IMG/VR virus record: IMGVR_UViG_3300033069_001107
Coordinates: 1-64,000 of that record
Strand: one strand, 5' to 3'
Source of the DNA: an uncultured virus (IMG/VR IMGVR_UViG_3300033069_001107)
Taxonomy: Duplodnaviria; Heunggongvirae; Uroviricota; Caudoviricetes
DNA: 64,000 nucleotides
Below are positions 63,197 through 64,000 of this stretch, piece after piece. How positions within the stretch are numbered: position 1 is the stretch's first letter; the number at the start of each line of letters is the position of its first letter. The position numbers were made by a program, and so were the translations under genes. The notes under the pieces were generated by a model. The model saw only the letters and a program-made list of their open reading frames with translations, was not told where the DNA came from and searched no databases.

Positions 63197-64000
63197 ATGA
63201 TCGACTTCTACAGCGACGCCGCCCACGCACACCTCCGCAAGCTCCTGGACCAGTTCCCCGGCACGCACGGGCTCCTGAAGAACGCCGAGTTCGAAGACAC
63301 CCGGGAAGAGATCCCTGTGAGCGCCTTCGCCGACTTGTCGGCGCAGCGCTTCCCCACGCACACCCCGGAGCATGCCGTGGTGTCGTTCCTCTACGCCCAC
63401 GACCAGGGGGCGCCTGCGGGGGTCATGCACAAGATCGCGGAAGCGCTCTACGCCTACGGGGTCGATGCCAGCATCTTCGTCCCCGTCGAGAACGTGAAGG
63501 TCGCCTCGGCGTCGCGCAGCATCTTCGAGGATGGTACCTACCCCGTCAACACGGTGGAGCAGGTCAAGATGGCCGAGATGCGCCTCTTCGAGGAGGCGCA
63601 CAAGATCAACCTGGACGCACGTGCCCGGGTGTTCAACAAGCTCGCGCACGCTGCCGAGGAGCTCGGGGTGGAGCTCACGCCACGCGCCCAGGCGTGGGGC
63701 ATGGCCGCGTACTGCAACCCGGAGGATCTGGCCCAGGCGGTGGAGGCCAGGAGCGCCCTGTGCAAGACCGCAGAGCTGAAGGTCGCGTACCGGGACCTCG
63801 CGAACAGCATCCACGAAGACCCCCACGCTGTGCGCGAATACGCCGTACGGGTCAAGGTCGCGGAGACCCTGGCGGAGATGGATCAGCGGGCGGGCCTGGA
63901 CGCCTACTACGAGCGGGCGATCCCCGACCCGCTGTGCAGCGTGTTCAACCGCCCCGCCAAGCTGGGCGAACAGCTGATGCACCTGGGCCCGAACACCTAC
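63197..64000 (+). CDS. partial ORF running off the window; K-x-A-rich probable head-associated protein
   Basis: GAGG RBS, ATG 63197, open to 64000, strong codon bias; absent from the ORF track because it is incomplete. Confidence 0.85.
   Translation, partial: MIDFYSDAAHAHLRKLLDQFPGTHGLLKNAEFEDTREEIPVSAFADLSAQRFPTHTPEHAVVSFLYAHDQGAPAGVMHKIAEALYAYGVDASIFVPVENVKVASASRSIFEDGTYPVNTVEQVKMAEMRLFEEAHKINLDARARVFNKLAHAAEELGVELTPRAQAWGMAAYCNPEDLAQAVEARSALCKTAELKVAYRDLANSIHEDPHAVREYAVRVKVAETLAEMDQRAGLDAYYERAIPDPLCSVFNRPAKLGEQLMHLGPNTY

Larger units (their letters stand above)
2059..63847. repeat. dispersed 9-bp palindrome TACGSCGTA (usually RTACGSCGTAY), at least 35 exact copies
   Basis: Start positions read by eye: 2059, 3897, 5407, 8500, 9752, 10639, 10660, 12499, 14891, 14919, 19525, 21955, 22563, 24345, 25592, 28769, 29879, 31744, 32610, 37287, 40468, 42641, 43020, 46822, 48534, 51523, 52394, 53041, 54452, 57935, 60555, 61108, 62277, 63040, 63839. 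Confidence 0.92.

Noticed and set aside
1..64000. tRNA/rRNA genes, alternative genetic code, transposases
   Set aside because: No cloverleaf or rRNA-like sequence in the short intergenic gaps; conserved genes are intact in the standard code and all three stops are used; no transposase motifs recognised

Overview
This is a GC-rich (about 65-67% by eye), gene-dense segment of a large tailed-phage genome, probably with a contractile tail. No rRNA, tRNA, CRISPR array, integrase or transposase was recognised. Positions 1-35.8 kb are mostly minus-strand small hypothetical genes interleaved with nucleotide-metabolism and DNA-transaction genes: dCMP deaminase, DHH phosphoesterase, dNMP kinase, ThyX, SNF2, UvrD and DinG helicases, and a GHKL ATPase. 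Positions 35.9-57.5 kb are a plus-strand tail/baseplate module: chaperone pair, tape measure, hub with a peptidase domain, an embedded sigma-70 factor, gp25-like and J-like baseplate proteins, and fibres. A class II ribonucleotide reductase, a RuvC-like nuclease and further probable virion genes follow. The main unexplained signals are DNA-level. (1) The 9-bp palindrome TACGSCGTA occurs at least 35 times, in all reading frames, and forms three terminator stems. (2) A 64-99 bp four-hairpin element is repeated three times between successive genes at 26.2-28.1 kb. (3) Two promoter classes recur, CC(G/A)AA-N11/12-(T/A)TTCNGGTA(T/G)AAG and leaderless TANNNT-N6-start, often back to back. (4) A probable non-canonical -1 frameshift joins the tail chaperone genes. 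All product calls come from motif recognition by eye; no database search was run.
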